NCBI GenBank assembly: GCA_038231435.1
Contig: JBBRLJ010000003.1
Span: 1 to 64,000, forward strand
Length of the DNA: 64,000 nucleotides
Direction: 5' to 3'
Origin: Planctomycetota bacterium
GTDB lineage: Bacteria; Planctomycetota; UBA11346
The position numbers and the translations under genes were made by a program. Positions 18,112 through 29,476 of the stretch are shown in pieces. Under the pieces are notes generated by a model that searched no databases, was not told where the DNA came from, and was given only the letters and a program-made list of their open reading frames with translations. How positions within the stretch are numbered: the first letter of the stretch is position 1; each line of letters opens with the position of its first letter.

Positions 18112-18286
18112 GACCCTATCCCCTTCCGTGTTGAGCTCGGCAGTCTCGGCATGATGCCGTCGCTGGCAAGATTCCAGGCAGCTATTCGGCAGGCCTGGAC
18201 ATAATTACCATGGATATAGCAATTCTTCGCGCCATGTCCCGTGACGCTGTGGGTTCCCTTCACGGCCTGTTCGCCAGAGTGCCCCC

Positions 18287-19045
18287 ATGCGGTTGAGCTT
18301 CCTCATCGCGTGTCTGCTGCTTGCCTTGCCGGCACCTCCAAGCGCCGGTGCCGAGTTGCCCGCGCAAGAAGCACCGTGGTCGGGCATGATCGCGGTCTCG
18401 GAAACCATCAACGGACCCAACGAGAGTGGCGGCGACCAGCTGGAGCTCGAGCATTTCGCGCACACGATCGAGGAACGCCTGCGCCAGGCGCGTAGCGAAC
18501 TGGCCGCCGCCCCACCTATCATCGCCCGCGTGGTGCGCGAGGACATCGGCTTCTACGAGACCGAGCTCGAACGCGTGGTCGCGGCCCGCGGTGGCGCACT
18601 TACCATCGGTCGGACGTCCTACCTGATCAAGGGCGATCGCATGCTGCTGCATGCCGACGGCGCGCGGCTGCTGATCGACCGCACCAGCGGCGAGGCGAGC
18701 GGCCTGGTCGATGGCCAGCCGAAGACCGCGAAGCTGCAGGCGATGCCGGCCCAGGAATCGCTCGACCGTTATCCCGCGGGCCCCGAGATGCTGGGCTACG
18801 AGACGCGGCGGCTCAAGCGCACGATCAAGGGCCGCAGCTACGTCATCGATGTCGCTCCAGGCCTGCCCAACCCGTACGCCATCGGGCTGATCGAGAATGG
18901 ACAGGACGACGACCTGGTGCGCCAGCTGTCCGAGCTTCCGGGCCTGCCGATGATGGTGAGCGAGACCAGCGGCGAGGCCACGCGCAGCCTCTGCGTCACC
19001 TGCGTCGATCGTCATGAGGTCGCTGACGCCGTCTTCAAGCCGTGA
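18287..19045 (+). CDS. Exported hypothetical protein
   Basis: Signal-peptide-like N-terminus and coding-like codon bias. Confidence 0.7.
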   Translation: MRLSFLIACLLLALPAPPSAGAELPAQEAPWSGMIAVSETINGPNESGGDQLELEHFAHTIEERLRQARSELAAAPPIIARVVREDIGFYETELERVVAARGGALTIGRTSYLIKGDRMLLHADGARLLIDRTSGEASGLVDGQPKTAKLQAMPAQESLDRYPAGPEMLGYETRRLKRTIKGRSYVIDVAPGLPNPYAIGLIENGQDDDLVRQLSELPGLPMMVSETSGEATRSLCVTCVDRHEVADAVFKP

Positions 19046-19051
19046 TTGCGA

Positions 19052-19299
19052 GGGCTGTGCCCCCGGGCCCCCACGGCCTTTGTCGTCCTTTTTTCTGGCC
19101 ACCGGGTGGCCAGAAAATTTGCGTGATGGGCTCCGCCCATTGTTCACGCAAACCAGGACTCGGCGGCCGCCACTGTTTCGGGGGCTGTGCCCCCGGGCCC
19201 CCACGGCCTTTGTCGTCCTTTTTTCTGGCCACCGGGTGGCCAGAAAATTTGCGTGATGGGCTCCGCCCATTGTTCACGCAAACCAGGACTCGGCGGCCG
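19052..19299 (-). repeat. Two tandem family 1 elements (D1 19052-19169, D2 19182-19299)
   Basis: Identical 118-nt copies, period 130; the reverse complement aligns to 49235-49354. Confidence 0.92.
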
Positions 19300-19388
19300 G
19301 CGGCTGGCGCCGCGGTTTAAAGGATCCGAAGGCTTCTGGCCGCCGAGTGCTCTTTCTCACCTTGTAAAAGTAATTCACCACCGGGGGC

Positions 19389-19542
19389 CCCACCGCTCTG
19401 CGGTGGGGCGGGCGCCGAGTGGTGGTGGGCGGAAACGATGGGTGGGGCCCATCCGCCCACGTTTTCGCCGGCTTCCGGCGAAAACGAGCCACGACAAAGC
19501 CCGTGGGGTAGGCCCGCAGGGCCGTAGGGGCAGAGCCCCTGA
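19389..19542 (+). repeat. Structured element family 1, copy B (core 19409-19503)
   Basis: Colinear with copy A with covarying stems; a partial minus copy follows at 19551-19578. Confidence 0.85.
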
Positions 19543-19774
19543 AAATAACAGTTCACGCAAACCAGGACTCGGCGGCCGGCGGCGTTGCCGCGGCTTTGAC
19601 GAGCGGGCAACCGACAGGCTTCGACGGCTCGGATAACCAAAGCGCGTCGACCGGGTAATGAGTGGCGATGATCTCCTGCAGTCCGACTAGGAAGACGGAC
19701 GGCGGACGGTCTCATCCCCCTTCTGCTTGCGAGCCTTGCGGCCTCGTCGATAGTCCGCGCCCGAGGTAACCCGC

Positions 19775-20605
19775 ATGGCGCTCCACGAAGAACTCGATGC
19801 CCTGGCCGCACAGGTGCGCAAACGTTGCGACTTGAAGCCGAAGGCGGCGTTGCTGCTGGGCACCGGACTGGGCGGAGTCGCCGAGCGCATCAAGGCGGTG
19901 TGCAGGATCCCGTACTCCGACCTCGCTGGCATGCCACGCTCTACCGCCGAGAGCCACAAGGGCGAGGTCGTGCTCGGCCATCTCGCCGACGTGCCGGTGG
20001 TCGCCTTCAGCGGGCGCCTGCACGCCTACGAAGGCCATTCGCCCAACGAGGTGGTGGTGCCCGTGCGCCTCGGCCGCCGGCTCGGGGCCGAATCCCTGAT
20101 CATGGGCTCGGCGGTGGGCGGGCTCAATCCGCAGTACCGCATCGGCGACATCGTGCTGCTCGAGGACCACATCAATTTCATGGGCATCAATCCGCTGGTC
20201 GGCGAGAACGACGACCGCGTCGGCCCGCGCTGGCCGGATATGATCCACACGTACGACCCGCGCCTGCTCGAAGCGGCCGAGAGCGTCGCGCTCGCGGCAC
20301 GCATCAAGGTCCACCGCGGCGTCTACGTCGGTGTGCTGGGCCCCAACCTCGAGACCCGCGCCGAATACCGCATGCTGCGTGCACTCGGCGCAGATGTCGT
20401 CGGCATGAGCACGGTTCCCGAGGCCATCGCCGCGGTGCACTGCGGGCTCAGGACGCTCGCATTCGCCATCGTCACTGACCGCTGCTTGGCCGACGCGCTC
20501 GAGCCGGCCAACGTCCCGGCGATCATTGCCGCCGCCAAGGGCGCCGAACCGGTGCTGACATCGTTGATCACCGGATTGATGCCGAAGCTGGCCGCTGGTG
20601 GGTAG
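19775..20605 (+). CDS. punA: Purine-nucleoside phosphorylase (trimeric PNP family)
   Basis: LLGTGLG, GRLHAYEG, DHINFMG.NPL.G.ND, GPNLETRAE, GADVVGMSTVPE. Confidence 0.9.
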   Translation: MALHEELDALAAQVRKRCDLKPKAALLLGTGLGGVAERIKAVCRIPYSDLAGMPRSTAESHKGEVVLGHLADVPVVAFSGRLHAYEGHSPNEVVVPVRLGRRLGAESLIMGSAVGGLNPQYRIGDIVLLEDHINFMGINPLVGENDDRVGPRWPDMIHTYDPRLLEAAESVALAARIKVHRGVYVGVLGPNLETRAEYRMLRALGADVVGMSTVPEAIAAVHCGLRTLAFAIVTDRCLADALEPANVPAIIAAAKGAEPVLTSLITGLMPKLAAGG

Positions 20606-20612
20606 TCATCGA

Positions 20613-20739
20613 TGTGTGGTGTTTGGTGGGTGGTAGACAATCACTGATCACCCGCCCAGCATCGCGCCGCTCGTCCTCCCCACCTGAACATCGCTCGACC
20701 CGCACACCAGACACCACTCACCAAACACCACACACTAAC
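20613..20739. repeat. Heptamer tandem repeats forming a 22-bp inverted repeat
   Basis: CACCAGA CACCACT CACCAAA CACCACA CACTAAC at 20705-20739; 20613-20634 is the reverse complement of 20713-20734 with one mismatch. Confidence 0.75.
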
Positions 20740-20743
20740 ACCC

Positions 20744-22168
20744 ATGCTCGACATCAGCATCGACTCCAACCCCAAGAAATCCGATCTGACCGTCGTGGTC
20801 ATCGGCTACTGCGCTGCGAAGCTGCCCAAGCTGGTCGAGGCCCAGGCGGCGCGCGTGGCCAAGGGCACCGCCGGTGCCCCCCTGCACCTCGTGGTGCCCG
20901 ATGGCCGGTTCCTGCTGATCAAACCGGACGAGAAGCCGTGGCTGGTCGGCGGCGAGAGCTGGCGGCTGCTCGGACGCGATGTCGCCGAGGCGGTGCGTTC
21001 GGCCAAAGCCGAGTCGGCAACGGTGCTGGTGCAAGGCCGCGGCGCGAACGTCCAGGCGCTGGTGGAAGGTGCCGCGCTCGGCGATTACCGCTGGAACGCC
21101 TGCCGCAGCGGCAAGGAGTCGAAGCGCTCGCGCATCGCCATCCACGTCCCCGGGCACGCCGACGCGGTGAAGGCAGGCCTGGCGGTGGCGCGCGCGCAGA
21201 ACCTCGCGCGCGAACTCGCCGACATGCCGCCCAACCAGCTGAATCCCCAGACCTTCGCGGCGCGGGCGCGCAAGGAGCTGCAGGGTTCCGGCCTCGATGT
21301 GCGCGTAACCAGTGGGCAGAACGCGCTGCGCAAGGCCGGCTTCCCCGGACTCGCGCAGGTCGGCATGGCCGGCTCGGCCGATCCGTGCCTGGTCGAGATC
21401 CACTACAAGCCGAGCAAGAAGCGCCGCAACGGCCACCGCAAGGACACCCGGCTCGCGTTCGTCGGCAAGGGCATCACCTTCGACAGCGGCGGCATCAGCC
21501 TGAAGCCCGGTGACAAGATGTGGGAGATGAAGGCCGACATGAGCGGCGCGGCGGCGGTGCTCGCCACCATGAGCTGGATCGCCGACAACGAGCCGTCGAT
21601 CCCGATCTCTGGCTATCTGTGCCTCGCCGAGAACATGCCCGACCGCACGGCTATGCGTCCAGGAGACATCTACGAAGCGCGTAACGGCAAGTGGATCCAC
21701 GTCGACAACACCGATGCCGAAGGCCGCCTGGTGCTCAGCGACGTGCTCACCTACGCGGCCGAGCGCGGCGCGTCGCACATCGTCGATATCGCTACCCTCA
21801 CCGGCGCCTGCATGGTCGCGCTCGGCGAGAAGATCGCCGGCCTCATGGGCCGCGGCGAATCCTTCCTGCAGACGGTGCGCGCCGCCGGGCAGGAGGCTGG
21901 CGAGGAGTTCTGGCAGCTGCCGCTCTACGGCGAATACCGCTCGATGCTCGACCATCCCCACGCCGACATCAACAACACCGGCGGACGCTTCGGCGGCGCC
22001 ATCACCGCTGGCATCTTCCTCTCCGAGTTCGTTCCCGAGAACGTCCAGTGGGCGCATCTCGACATCGCCGGACCGGCGATCCAGCCGGGCGGCTGGCGCT
22101 ACTACGCGAAGGGCATGACCGGATTCTCAACCCGCACGCTGATCCGGCTGTCCCAAAAGCTCGGGTGA
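20744..22168 (+). CDS. pepA: Leucyl aminopeptidase (M17)
   Basis: VGKGITFDSGG, MKADMSGAA, NTDAEGRL, DIATLTGA, WAHLDIAG. Confidence 0.93.
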   Translation: MLDISIDSNPKKSDLTVVVIGYCAAKLPKLVEAQAARVAKGTAGAPLHLVVPDGRFLLIKPDEKPWLVGGESWRLLGRDVAEAVRSAKAESATVLVQGRGANVQALVEGAALGDYRWNACRSGKESKRSRIAIHVPGHADAVKAGLAVARAQNLARELADMPPNQLNPQTFAARARKELQGSGLDVRVTSGQNALRKAGFPGLAQVGMAGSADPCLVEIHYKPSKKRRNGHRKDTRLAFVGKGITFDSGGISLKPGDKMWEMKADMSGAAAVLATMSWIADNEPSIPISGYLCLAENMPDRTAMRPGDIYEARNGKWIHVDNTDAEGRLVLSDVLTYAAERGASHIVDIATLTGACMVALGEKIAGLMGRGESFLQTVRAAGQEAGEEFWQLPLYGEYRSMLDHPHADINNTGGRFGGAITAGIFLSEFVPENVQWAHLDIAGPAIQPGGWRYYAKGMTGFSTRTLIRLSQKLG

Positions 22169-22220
22169 CGAGTTCCGGTGAAGGGGTTCTGGTGAAGGAG
22201 TCCCGGTTGATGGAGCTCGG

Positions 22221-23174
22221 GTGAAGTCCGCGCTGGCGCAGAAACCGAGGCAGAAACCGGGTAAGCCCCGTTCGGCTCGCCGATGGCATCCGTGGCTCGC
22301 GGCAGCGAGCCTGCTGCCGGCCGCGTGCATCCTGATCTCGCCAACGGCGCCGTGGTGGATCGGACAGATATGCGTGCACTGGACGGCCCACGCCTGCTTC
22401 TTGCTGCTGCCCGCGCTCGCCGTTTTCGGCCGGCGGCCGGTGGCCGGCGCTTCGTTGCTGTTCCTGATCGCCCTCGGCTGTGTGCCGTGGTGCATCGCGG
22501 ATCTCGAGGAACGTGCACCGATCCCCCCGCCCGGCCGTGCGGGGATCAGCGTGGCCAGCGCAAACGTCTACACCCACAACCCCCGGCGAGCCGAAGCCAT
22601 CGCCGCGGCGGAACGGGTCGATGCGGATCTCCTGTGCCTGGTCGAAGTGGAAGAATCCGACGAGAGCGCGGGCCGCAAGGATCCGCGCTGGCCCCACCAG
22701 GTCTGGGCGGGCATGGGCGGCATGGCCCTGCTCAGCGCACGTCCGCTGCTTGCGCACAGGGTGTGGCCTCAGGAATTCAGCGCCTGGATCGAGGCCACCA
22801 TCGACATCGATGGTGCCGAGGTGCGAGTGCTGGCGGTGCACACCACCTCGCCGACCAAGCCGCGCCGCGAGCGCGACCGCGGCGCCGAGCTCAATCGCAT
22901 TGCCGCCTGGGTGCGGAAGGAGACGGGGCCGATCATCGTCCTCGGAGATTTCAATCTCACGGTCGGCGATCCCGCATGGCGCGACCTGCATGCGGGATCC
23001 GCCCTGCGCCGACCGGTCGGCCGCGAGCCCGCCACCTGGCCTTCTCCTGCGGTGGGGCTCGGCATCACCATCGACCACATCCTGGCGCGCGGCCTGGCGC
23101 TCGGCACGCCGCTGCCGATCTGGCTGCCGGGGAGCGACCACCGCGGCTTGATAACTCGCGTTGCCCTACCCTAG
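22221..23174 (+). CDS. Membrane-anchored endonuclease/exonuclease/phosphatase family protein
   Basis: N-terminal TMs, SANV, LVEV, AVH, GDFN, IDHI, GSDH. Confidence 0.85.
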   Translation: MKSALAQKPRQKPGKPRSARRWHPWLAAASLLPAACILISPTAPWWIGQICVHWTAHACFLLLPALAVFGRRPVAGASLLFLIALGCVPWCIADLEERAPIPPPGRAGISVASANVYTHNPRRAEAIAAAERVDADLLCLVEVEESDESAGRKDPRWPHQVWAGMGGMALLSARPLLAHRVWPQEFSAWIEATIDIDGAEVRVLAVHTTSPTKPRRERDRGAELNRIAAWVRKETGPIIVLGDFNLTVGDPAWRDLHAGSALRRPVGREPATWPSPAVGLGITIDHILARGLALGTPLPIWLPGSDHRGLITRVALP

Positions 23175-23205
23175 CCGTTCTCCGCGACTCTAGCCGCGCC
23201 GTGAG

Positions 23206-24516
23206 CTAGGGGGGTGACGTCTCCGCTCCAGCGAGCCACGCCTGGGCATGTACTGGCAGCGGAGGATGCGGCGCCGGTCCATTGTGGAAGCGCAGGCCCT
23301 GGAGAAGCCGCGCGTTCGCGGGCCCGATCGAGATAGCGGTGGCCGCAGGGATGTCCTCCTGCAGCAGCAACATCGTGCCGCTGGCCAGCGTCAGGTGTCG
23401 ATGCGAGGCCGCAAATCTCAGTGTCAGCTGTCCGAGTGGAGCGCCGGGCAGCGGCACCGTCCGCGGCCCGCTCGACGACGCGCGCGAACGGGTGACCTGC
23501 ATGGTGCCAGGGCTGAGGGTCAACAACAGACCGTTGAGCGATCCGTCGGCGATGCCGACGTCGGCACCCTCGGCGTGTTCGTCCCAGGCCAAAGTCCCGT
23601 CGAGCACCCAATCGGGCGACGGTTCGGGATGCGGCGCATGCGCGCCATCCGCGGCCGCCCAATTCGTCCATGCGTACGGGATCGACGAGCTCGCCGCTTC
23701 GCCCGCCTTCAACGTCCGCGAGGTGAGGGAAGCCGTCCCGCTCGACACGCCGACCACGCTGCGATTGTCGACGACCGACAAGGCGACGCGGCAGCCAGCT
23801 TCTGCGCGCACGGTGTCGTCGGGGAGACCGCAGACGAACTGGTTGGCGGCCACGATCCAAGCGCCGCCATTGGTCAGCGAGATGCCCGCTGATTGCGCGA
23901 CCGCGTTGGCCGGGCCGGCCAGCACGGCCAACGAGCCGTCGCTCCACGCCAGCACCAGCTGGCTTCCGCCTGGCACCACCACCTGCCGATGGTCGACGTT
24001 CGAGCCGGCGACCAGGGCGCCGCCGCCGAGGCTGGCCTCGCCCTCGACCTCGAGGACCCGGCACAGTGTCTCGCCGGCGGTTCCCCGCCCATGGCGCGCG
24101 GCGAAGACCAGCGCGGCGATGAAGATGGCGCCAGCGATCAGCAGCAGCGGCGCCAGCCGCAGCTGACGCCGCGATTCGGGCATCGCGACGGGCTCGAGCG
24201 ACGGCCGCGCATTGCCAAGGCGCGAACGGGCGGTGCGGGTGAAGCGGTCGCTGCGACCCTCGAGATCCAATCGGTGCTTCACCGTGTCCTGGAAAGCAGT
24301 GCCCATGCCGGCGCGCAGATCGGTGACCACCCCGAGCTGCTGCCACGCCAGACTGGCGGCGGACGAGCCCTCGCGCGGATCGCGTAGGAAGTCGTAGAAT
24401 TCGCGCAGGTCCGCGTCGCTCAGTTCGCCGAGCGCGAAACCGGTGGCGAGCTCCGAGATGCGCTCATCGCGGGTCTGGCCGCCATCACCGGCGCCGGTTG
24501 TCGGATCAGCGTCCAT
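23206..24516 (-). CDS. Putative transmembrane anti-sigma factor (FecR-like)
   Basis: N-terminal helical segment, one TM and a beta-rich periplasmic part (L.WSDGS...L); TGATG overlap with the ECF sigma gene. Confidence 0.7.
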   Translation of the reverse strand: MDADPTTGAGDGGQTRDERISELATGFALGELSDADLREFYDFLRDPREGSSAASLAWQQLGVVTDLRAGMGTAFQDTVKHRLDLEGRSDRFTRTARSRLGNARPSLEPVAMPESRRQLRLAPLLLIAGAIFIAALVFAARHGRGTAGETLCRVLEVEGEASLGGGALVAGSNVDHRQVVVPGGSQLVLAWSDGSLAVLAGPANAVAQSAGISLTNGGAWIVAANQFVCGLPDDTVRAEAGCRVALSVVDNRSVVGVSSGTASLTSRTLKAGEAASSSIPYAWTNWAAADGAHAPHPEPSPDWVLDGTLAWDEHAEGADVGIADGSLNGLLLTLSPGTMQVTRSRASSSGPRTVPLPGAPLGQLTLRFAASHRHLTLASGTMLLLQEDIPAATAISIGPANARLLQGLRFHNGPAPHPPLPVHAQAWLAGAETSPP

Positions 24517-25070
24517 CAGCCGGCATTCTCCATGCGTCGCTCCGCGCAGTCCTTGAGCTTGCGCTGCAGCCGTGACAGCCGCTGGCGACAAGCGTCGGGA
24601 CGGATGCCGAGCGTTTCCGCAGCGGCGTCGCTCGACAGGCCCTCGGCATGGACCATCTCGAAGAGCCGTCGGTGCTCATCGCCGATCTCGGCGAGGCACG
24701 CGCGCAGCGCGCCCAGCCGATCGGCCTGCTCGCCGTCGTCTGCGGGTTGATGGCGCAACAACTCCTGCCGCACCAGCTCGCGCAGATGGCGGCGGTCGCG
24801 GTCTTGGCGGCGGTGGTACTCCATGAGCTGGCTGCGCGCGATGGTGATCAACCAGGCGCGCGGGCTGGTGCCCGGATGGTACTGCTCACGCTTCGCCCAG
24901 GCGCGCGACAGGGCTTCCTGCGCGAGCTCGTCGGCGAGTTCGGGGTCGGCGGTCTCACGCAGCATGGTGGCGCGGATCAGGTGGTGGCAGCTCTCGACCA
25001 CCTGGGCGAAGGCGTCCTTGTCACCCTGGTCGCGTGCCCGGGTCATCCACTGGTCCAGATCGTCACTCAT
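24516..25070 (-). CDS. ECF sigma-70 family factor
   Basis: GDKDAF, ADELAQEA, AWLITIAR region 2; region 4 HTH AAETLGI...RQRLSR. Confidence 0.9.
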   Translation of the reverse strand: MSDDLDQWMTRARDQGDKDAFAQVVESCHHLIRATMLRETADPELADELAQEALSRAWAKREQYHPGTSPRAWLITIARSQLMEYHRRQDRDRRHLRELVRQELLRHQPADDGEQADRLGALRACLAEIGDEHRRLFEMVHAEGLSSDAAAETLGIRPDACRQRLSRLQRKLKDCAERRMENAG

Positions 25071-25237
25071 GGATCGCTCGGTCGCTCATCTGTCTCGTCT
25101 GTCGCACTGAGCGCTCATGGAAGACCGGGTCTCACGTGCATACTCCCGATGATCGAAGCGGTTGATGACCGGTGCCCAGGCGCGGCTGGCCTTGGTCACA
25201 GCTCCGTAGCGCCTACGTTCTACCACGGAGGCATCAC

Positions 25238-26262
<1,025 letters not shown>

Positions 26263-26266
<4 letters not shown>

Positions 26267-27213
26267 CCGGCGCAGTCTCCGCCATGGTCGACGACATGAC
26301 CTCCGCCAGCGGCTCGCTCCATGGATCAGTCCACCAGCAGGTGCTCGACCGTCTGGGCAAGGTCTTCGTGGCCGCGCGCCAGGCGGTGGAATCGGTCCTC
26401 GCTGGACAGCACCGCTCGGTGCGGCGCGGACTGTCGGTCGAATTCGCCGGACACCGTCCGTACCAGGCGGGCGACGACCTACGCCGGCTCGACTGGATCG
26501 TCTACGCGCGCTCCGACCGCTACGACGTCCGCGTCTACGAGGAAGAGACCCGCCTACGTGCCACCCTGATCGTGGATTCGAGCGGTTCCATGGGTTACTC
26601 GGGCGGAGGCCGCCCGAGCAAGCTCGACTTCGCCAAGCTCCTCGCGGCCTCGCTCGGTTTCCTGATGGTGCGCCAGAGCGACTCCGTCGGCCTCGCGATC
26701 TGCGATACCGAGGTCAGGGCCCACCTGCCGCCCGCGGGCACCATGGGGCACATGCTGACGCTGATCGATCGCCTCGAGCGCACGCCCGCGGGCGGAGAGA
26801 CCTCGCTCGGCGGCGTGCTCTCGGCGCTGGCGCCACGGCTCACCCGGCGCGGGCTGGTCATCCTTATCACCGACGCATTCGATGATCCCGAGAAGCTCGT
26901 GGAGGCGCTGCGTCTGCTGCGCTACCGCAAGCAGGACGTGCGCCTCTTCCAGGTCATCGATCCGCTCGAGGAGAGCTTCCCCTTCCAGGGCATGATCGAA
27001 TTCCTGGGGCTCGAGCACGAACCGCGCCTGCGCCTCGACGGCGATCGCGTACGCGCGTACTATCAGCAGGCTCTGGGCGCCCATCGCGGCAGGCTCGCCG
27101 AGCTCTGCCACGGCATCGGCGTGCAGCTCGAGACCATCCGAACCGATGAGGACCTGGCGCTGGCGCTGGTGCGCGTGCTCACCCAGCGCTCGGTCACGGC
27201 GGTGCGGCAATGA
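26263..27213 (+). CDS. DUF58 domain protein
   Basis: [32 protein letters not shown]. Confidence 0.92.
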
Positions 27214-27238
27214 CCACTTGTCGGGCCGCGGGCGCGGC

Positions 27239-29476
27239 ATGATCGAATTTGCCGTCCCCGCGCTCGGCGGAATTGCCGCGATCGCCGCGCCGGTGCTCAT
27301 CCACATCGCCCACCGCCGCCGCTTCAGCCCGATGTCCTGGGGAGCGATGCGCTTCCTGCAGGAGCTGCTCGCGCGCAAACGACGGCGCATGTCGATCGAC
27401 AACCTGCTGCTGCTCGCGGTGCGGATGCTGGCCATCGCCTGCCTGGCGCTCGCCCTCACGCGCCCGCAGCTGAGCTTCCGCGCCGCCGGGCTCGGCGATC
27501 TGATCTCGCGCCAGGGGCGCACCTCAGCCATCATCATGATCGACGACAGCCTCTCGACCGCCGCGCCGCGCGGAGCCCCGGCATTCGCGGCGATGCAGAA
27601 GCTCGGACACGCCTACCTCGAGACGCTCAAGACCGGCGACGAGGTGAGCATCGTGCAGCTGTCGCGCCTCGGCGATCCGGTGGCGGATCCCATCTACGAT
27701 CTCACCGCCGCCGGCGAGGCGATCGACAAGCTCTCGCCCACCGCGGTCGGCAGCGACATGCCGGCGCTGATCGACGCCGCTCTCGATCGCGTCGGCAGGC
27801 ACCTGAATCCAGACATCGAGCTGGTGCTGCTGAGCGACGGCCGCGCTGAGGGCTTCGGGGTGGACGCCAAGGAGCGCTGGGAGCGCCTGCGCGCGCGGCT
27901 GCGTGGCCCGGACAACGCCGTGGCCGGAACCCGCGCGCGGCCCCATGTCATCCTGCTCAGCCCGCGCAGCGACCAGGGCGAGCGCGGCAATCTGGCGGTG
28001 TCGGCGCTACGCATCGACCGCACCCTGCTCCCTCCTGGCAAACCGGTGGCGGTGCGCGCCACCATCTCCTACGACGGCGCGCGTCCGATCGCGGGAGCGC
28101 TGGTGCGCCTGCTGGTGAATGGTCGCGATGTCGCTGAGCAGAGCCTTGACCTCGCTCCGGGCGAGATCCGCGAGCTGGTGTTCATCCACGCCTTCGCCGA
28201 ACCCGGCAGCTACCTGCTCGAGGCGGTGGTCGAGGGCGCCCGCGATGCGCTGGCCGAGGATGATCGCCGCGCGCTGGCCGTCGAGGTCGAGACGCGCCTG
28301 CCGGTGCTGCTGATCGAGGGCAAGGCGGGACGCTCGCTCGATGGCAGCCTGGGCATGCTCGCGGCCGCGCTCGATCCGCTCGCGAGCCCCGGAGGGACAT
28401 CCGACGGCCGGGCCTCGACCGACCTCTTCGCGATCGAACGCGCCGGCGTGTCCGGCCTGACCGAGCAGGCGCTGTCGGCGGCGCGCGTGGTCGTGCTCGG
28501 CGACGTCCCTGCCCTGGACGCGGGCTCGGTCTCGGCGCTCGAACGCTTCGTGGTCGGCGGGGGTGGGATCCTGGTGGTCGCCGGACCGGCGACGGATCCC
28601 GAGCTCGCCAACCGCTTCTGGGCGCGTAGCGGCGACGGCTTCCTGCCGGCGCGCCTGGGTCCGGCGCGCCTCGCCGATAAGCCCTTGCACCCGTCGACGG
28701 CCGCCATCGGCCATCCCGCGCTCGAGGCCTTCACCTCGGGAGCCAGCGACGCGTGGAAGGAGATCTCGGTGTCGCGCTGGTTCCCGCTCGAATCTCCGCC
28801 GGCCGACTGCGAACGCTTGCTCGCGCTCGACGGCGGCGAGCCGTTACTGGTCGATCGCGCGCGCGGACGCGGACGCGTGGCGCTGCTGGCGACCGGCCTC
28901 GATGGCGCCTGGAGCGATCTGCCGTATCGCAGTGCGTTTGTGCCGATGTCGCGATCGCTGATCGCCTGGCTGGGTGGGAACATCCTGCCCCCGCGCAATC
29001 TCCTGGCCGGTGAACGGCTGTCGTGGTTTCCCGCCCATGCCTCAGCGACGAATGCACCAGGCATCCCCACCCCCATGGCCTTGGCGGCCACCGCCGAGGG
29101 CCCGGACGGGAAGCCGGTGGCGCTGGCGCCGAGCGCGTGGGAGGGCCACCCGGCTTTGGTCAGCGGCATCCTCGTGCAGCCCGGGGCGTATGCGGTGCGC
29201 GAGGCTGGCGGAAAGCACACCACGTGGTTCGAGGTCGGCATCTCTCCTGGCGAATCGCGCCTCGCCCCGCTCTCGCCGGCCGACCTGCAGGAATGCCTCC
29301 ATGACGTTCAGCGCCACGCGGTGTCCGAACCGAAGCAGGTGACCGAGCTCTTCACCAGCGCCGGCAATCGCACCTACGACCTTTGGCGCGTGCTGGTCAT
29401 CGCCAGCGCATCCCTGCTGTTGGTCGAGACCCTCCTGACCCGAGGCCTGGTCGGCCGCGAACGGGCGGCCGCGTGA
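27239..29476 (+). CDS. BatA N-terminal/VWA/CARDB-like membrane protein
   Basis: PVLIHI...WGAMRFL...LLL.VRML...ALTRP, DDSLS, LSDG, WSDLP; C-terminal TM. Confidence 0.88.
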   Translation: MIEFAVPALGGIAAIAAPVLIHIAHRRRFSPMSWGAMRFLQELLARKRRRMSIDNLLLLAVRMLAIACLALALTRPQLSFRAAGLGDLISRQGRTSAIIMIDDSLSTAAPRGAPAFAAMQKLGHAYLETLKTGDEVSIVQLSRLGDPVADPIYDLTAAGEAIDKLSPTAVGSDMPALIDAALDRVGRHLNPDIELVLLSDGRAEGFGVDAKERWERLRARLRGPDNAVAGTRARPHVILLSPRSDQGERGNLAVSALRIDRTLLPPGKPVAVRATISYDGARPIAGALVRLLVNGRDVAEQSLDLAPGEIRELVFIHAFAEPGSYLLEAVVEGARDALAEDDRRALAVEVETRLPVLLIEGKAGRSLDGSLGMLAAALDPLASPGGTSDGRASTDLFAIERAGVSGLTEQALSAARVVVLGDVPALDAGSVSALERFVVGGGGILVVAGPATDPELANRFWARSGDGFLPARLGPARLADKPLHPSTAAIGHPALEAFTSGASDAWKEISVSRWFPLESPPADCERLLALDGGEPLLVDRARGRGRVALLATGLDGAWSDLPYRSAFVPMSRSLIAWLGGNILPPRNLLAGERLSWFPAHASATNAPGIPTPMALAATAEGPDGKPVALAPSAWEGHPALVSGILVQPGAYAVREAGGKHTTWFEVGISPGESRLAPLSPADLQECLHDVQRHAVSEPKQVTELFTSAGNRTYDLWRVLVIASASLLLVETLLTRGLVGRERAAA

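Noticed and set aside
18112..18286. SAM riboswitch or Cys T-box upstream of cysD
   Set aside because: Only a modest hairpin (TCCAGGC/GCCTGGA) is visible, with no consensus motifs.
19052..19299. Tandem repeats here and at 1-244 and 49221-49497 as a CRISPR array
   Set aside because: Units are far longer than CRISPR repeats, there are only two per locus, no series of unique spacers exists, and no cas genes are present.
19014..19811. Short ORFs across the repeat region, and similar ones at 49112-49724
   Set aside because: They are translations of the repeats and lack coding-like composition.
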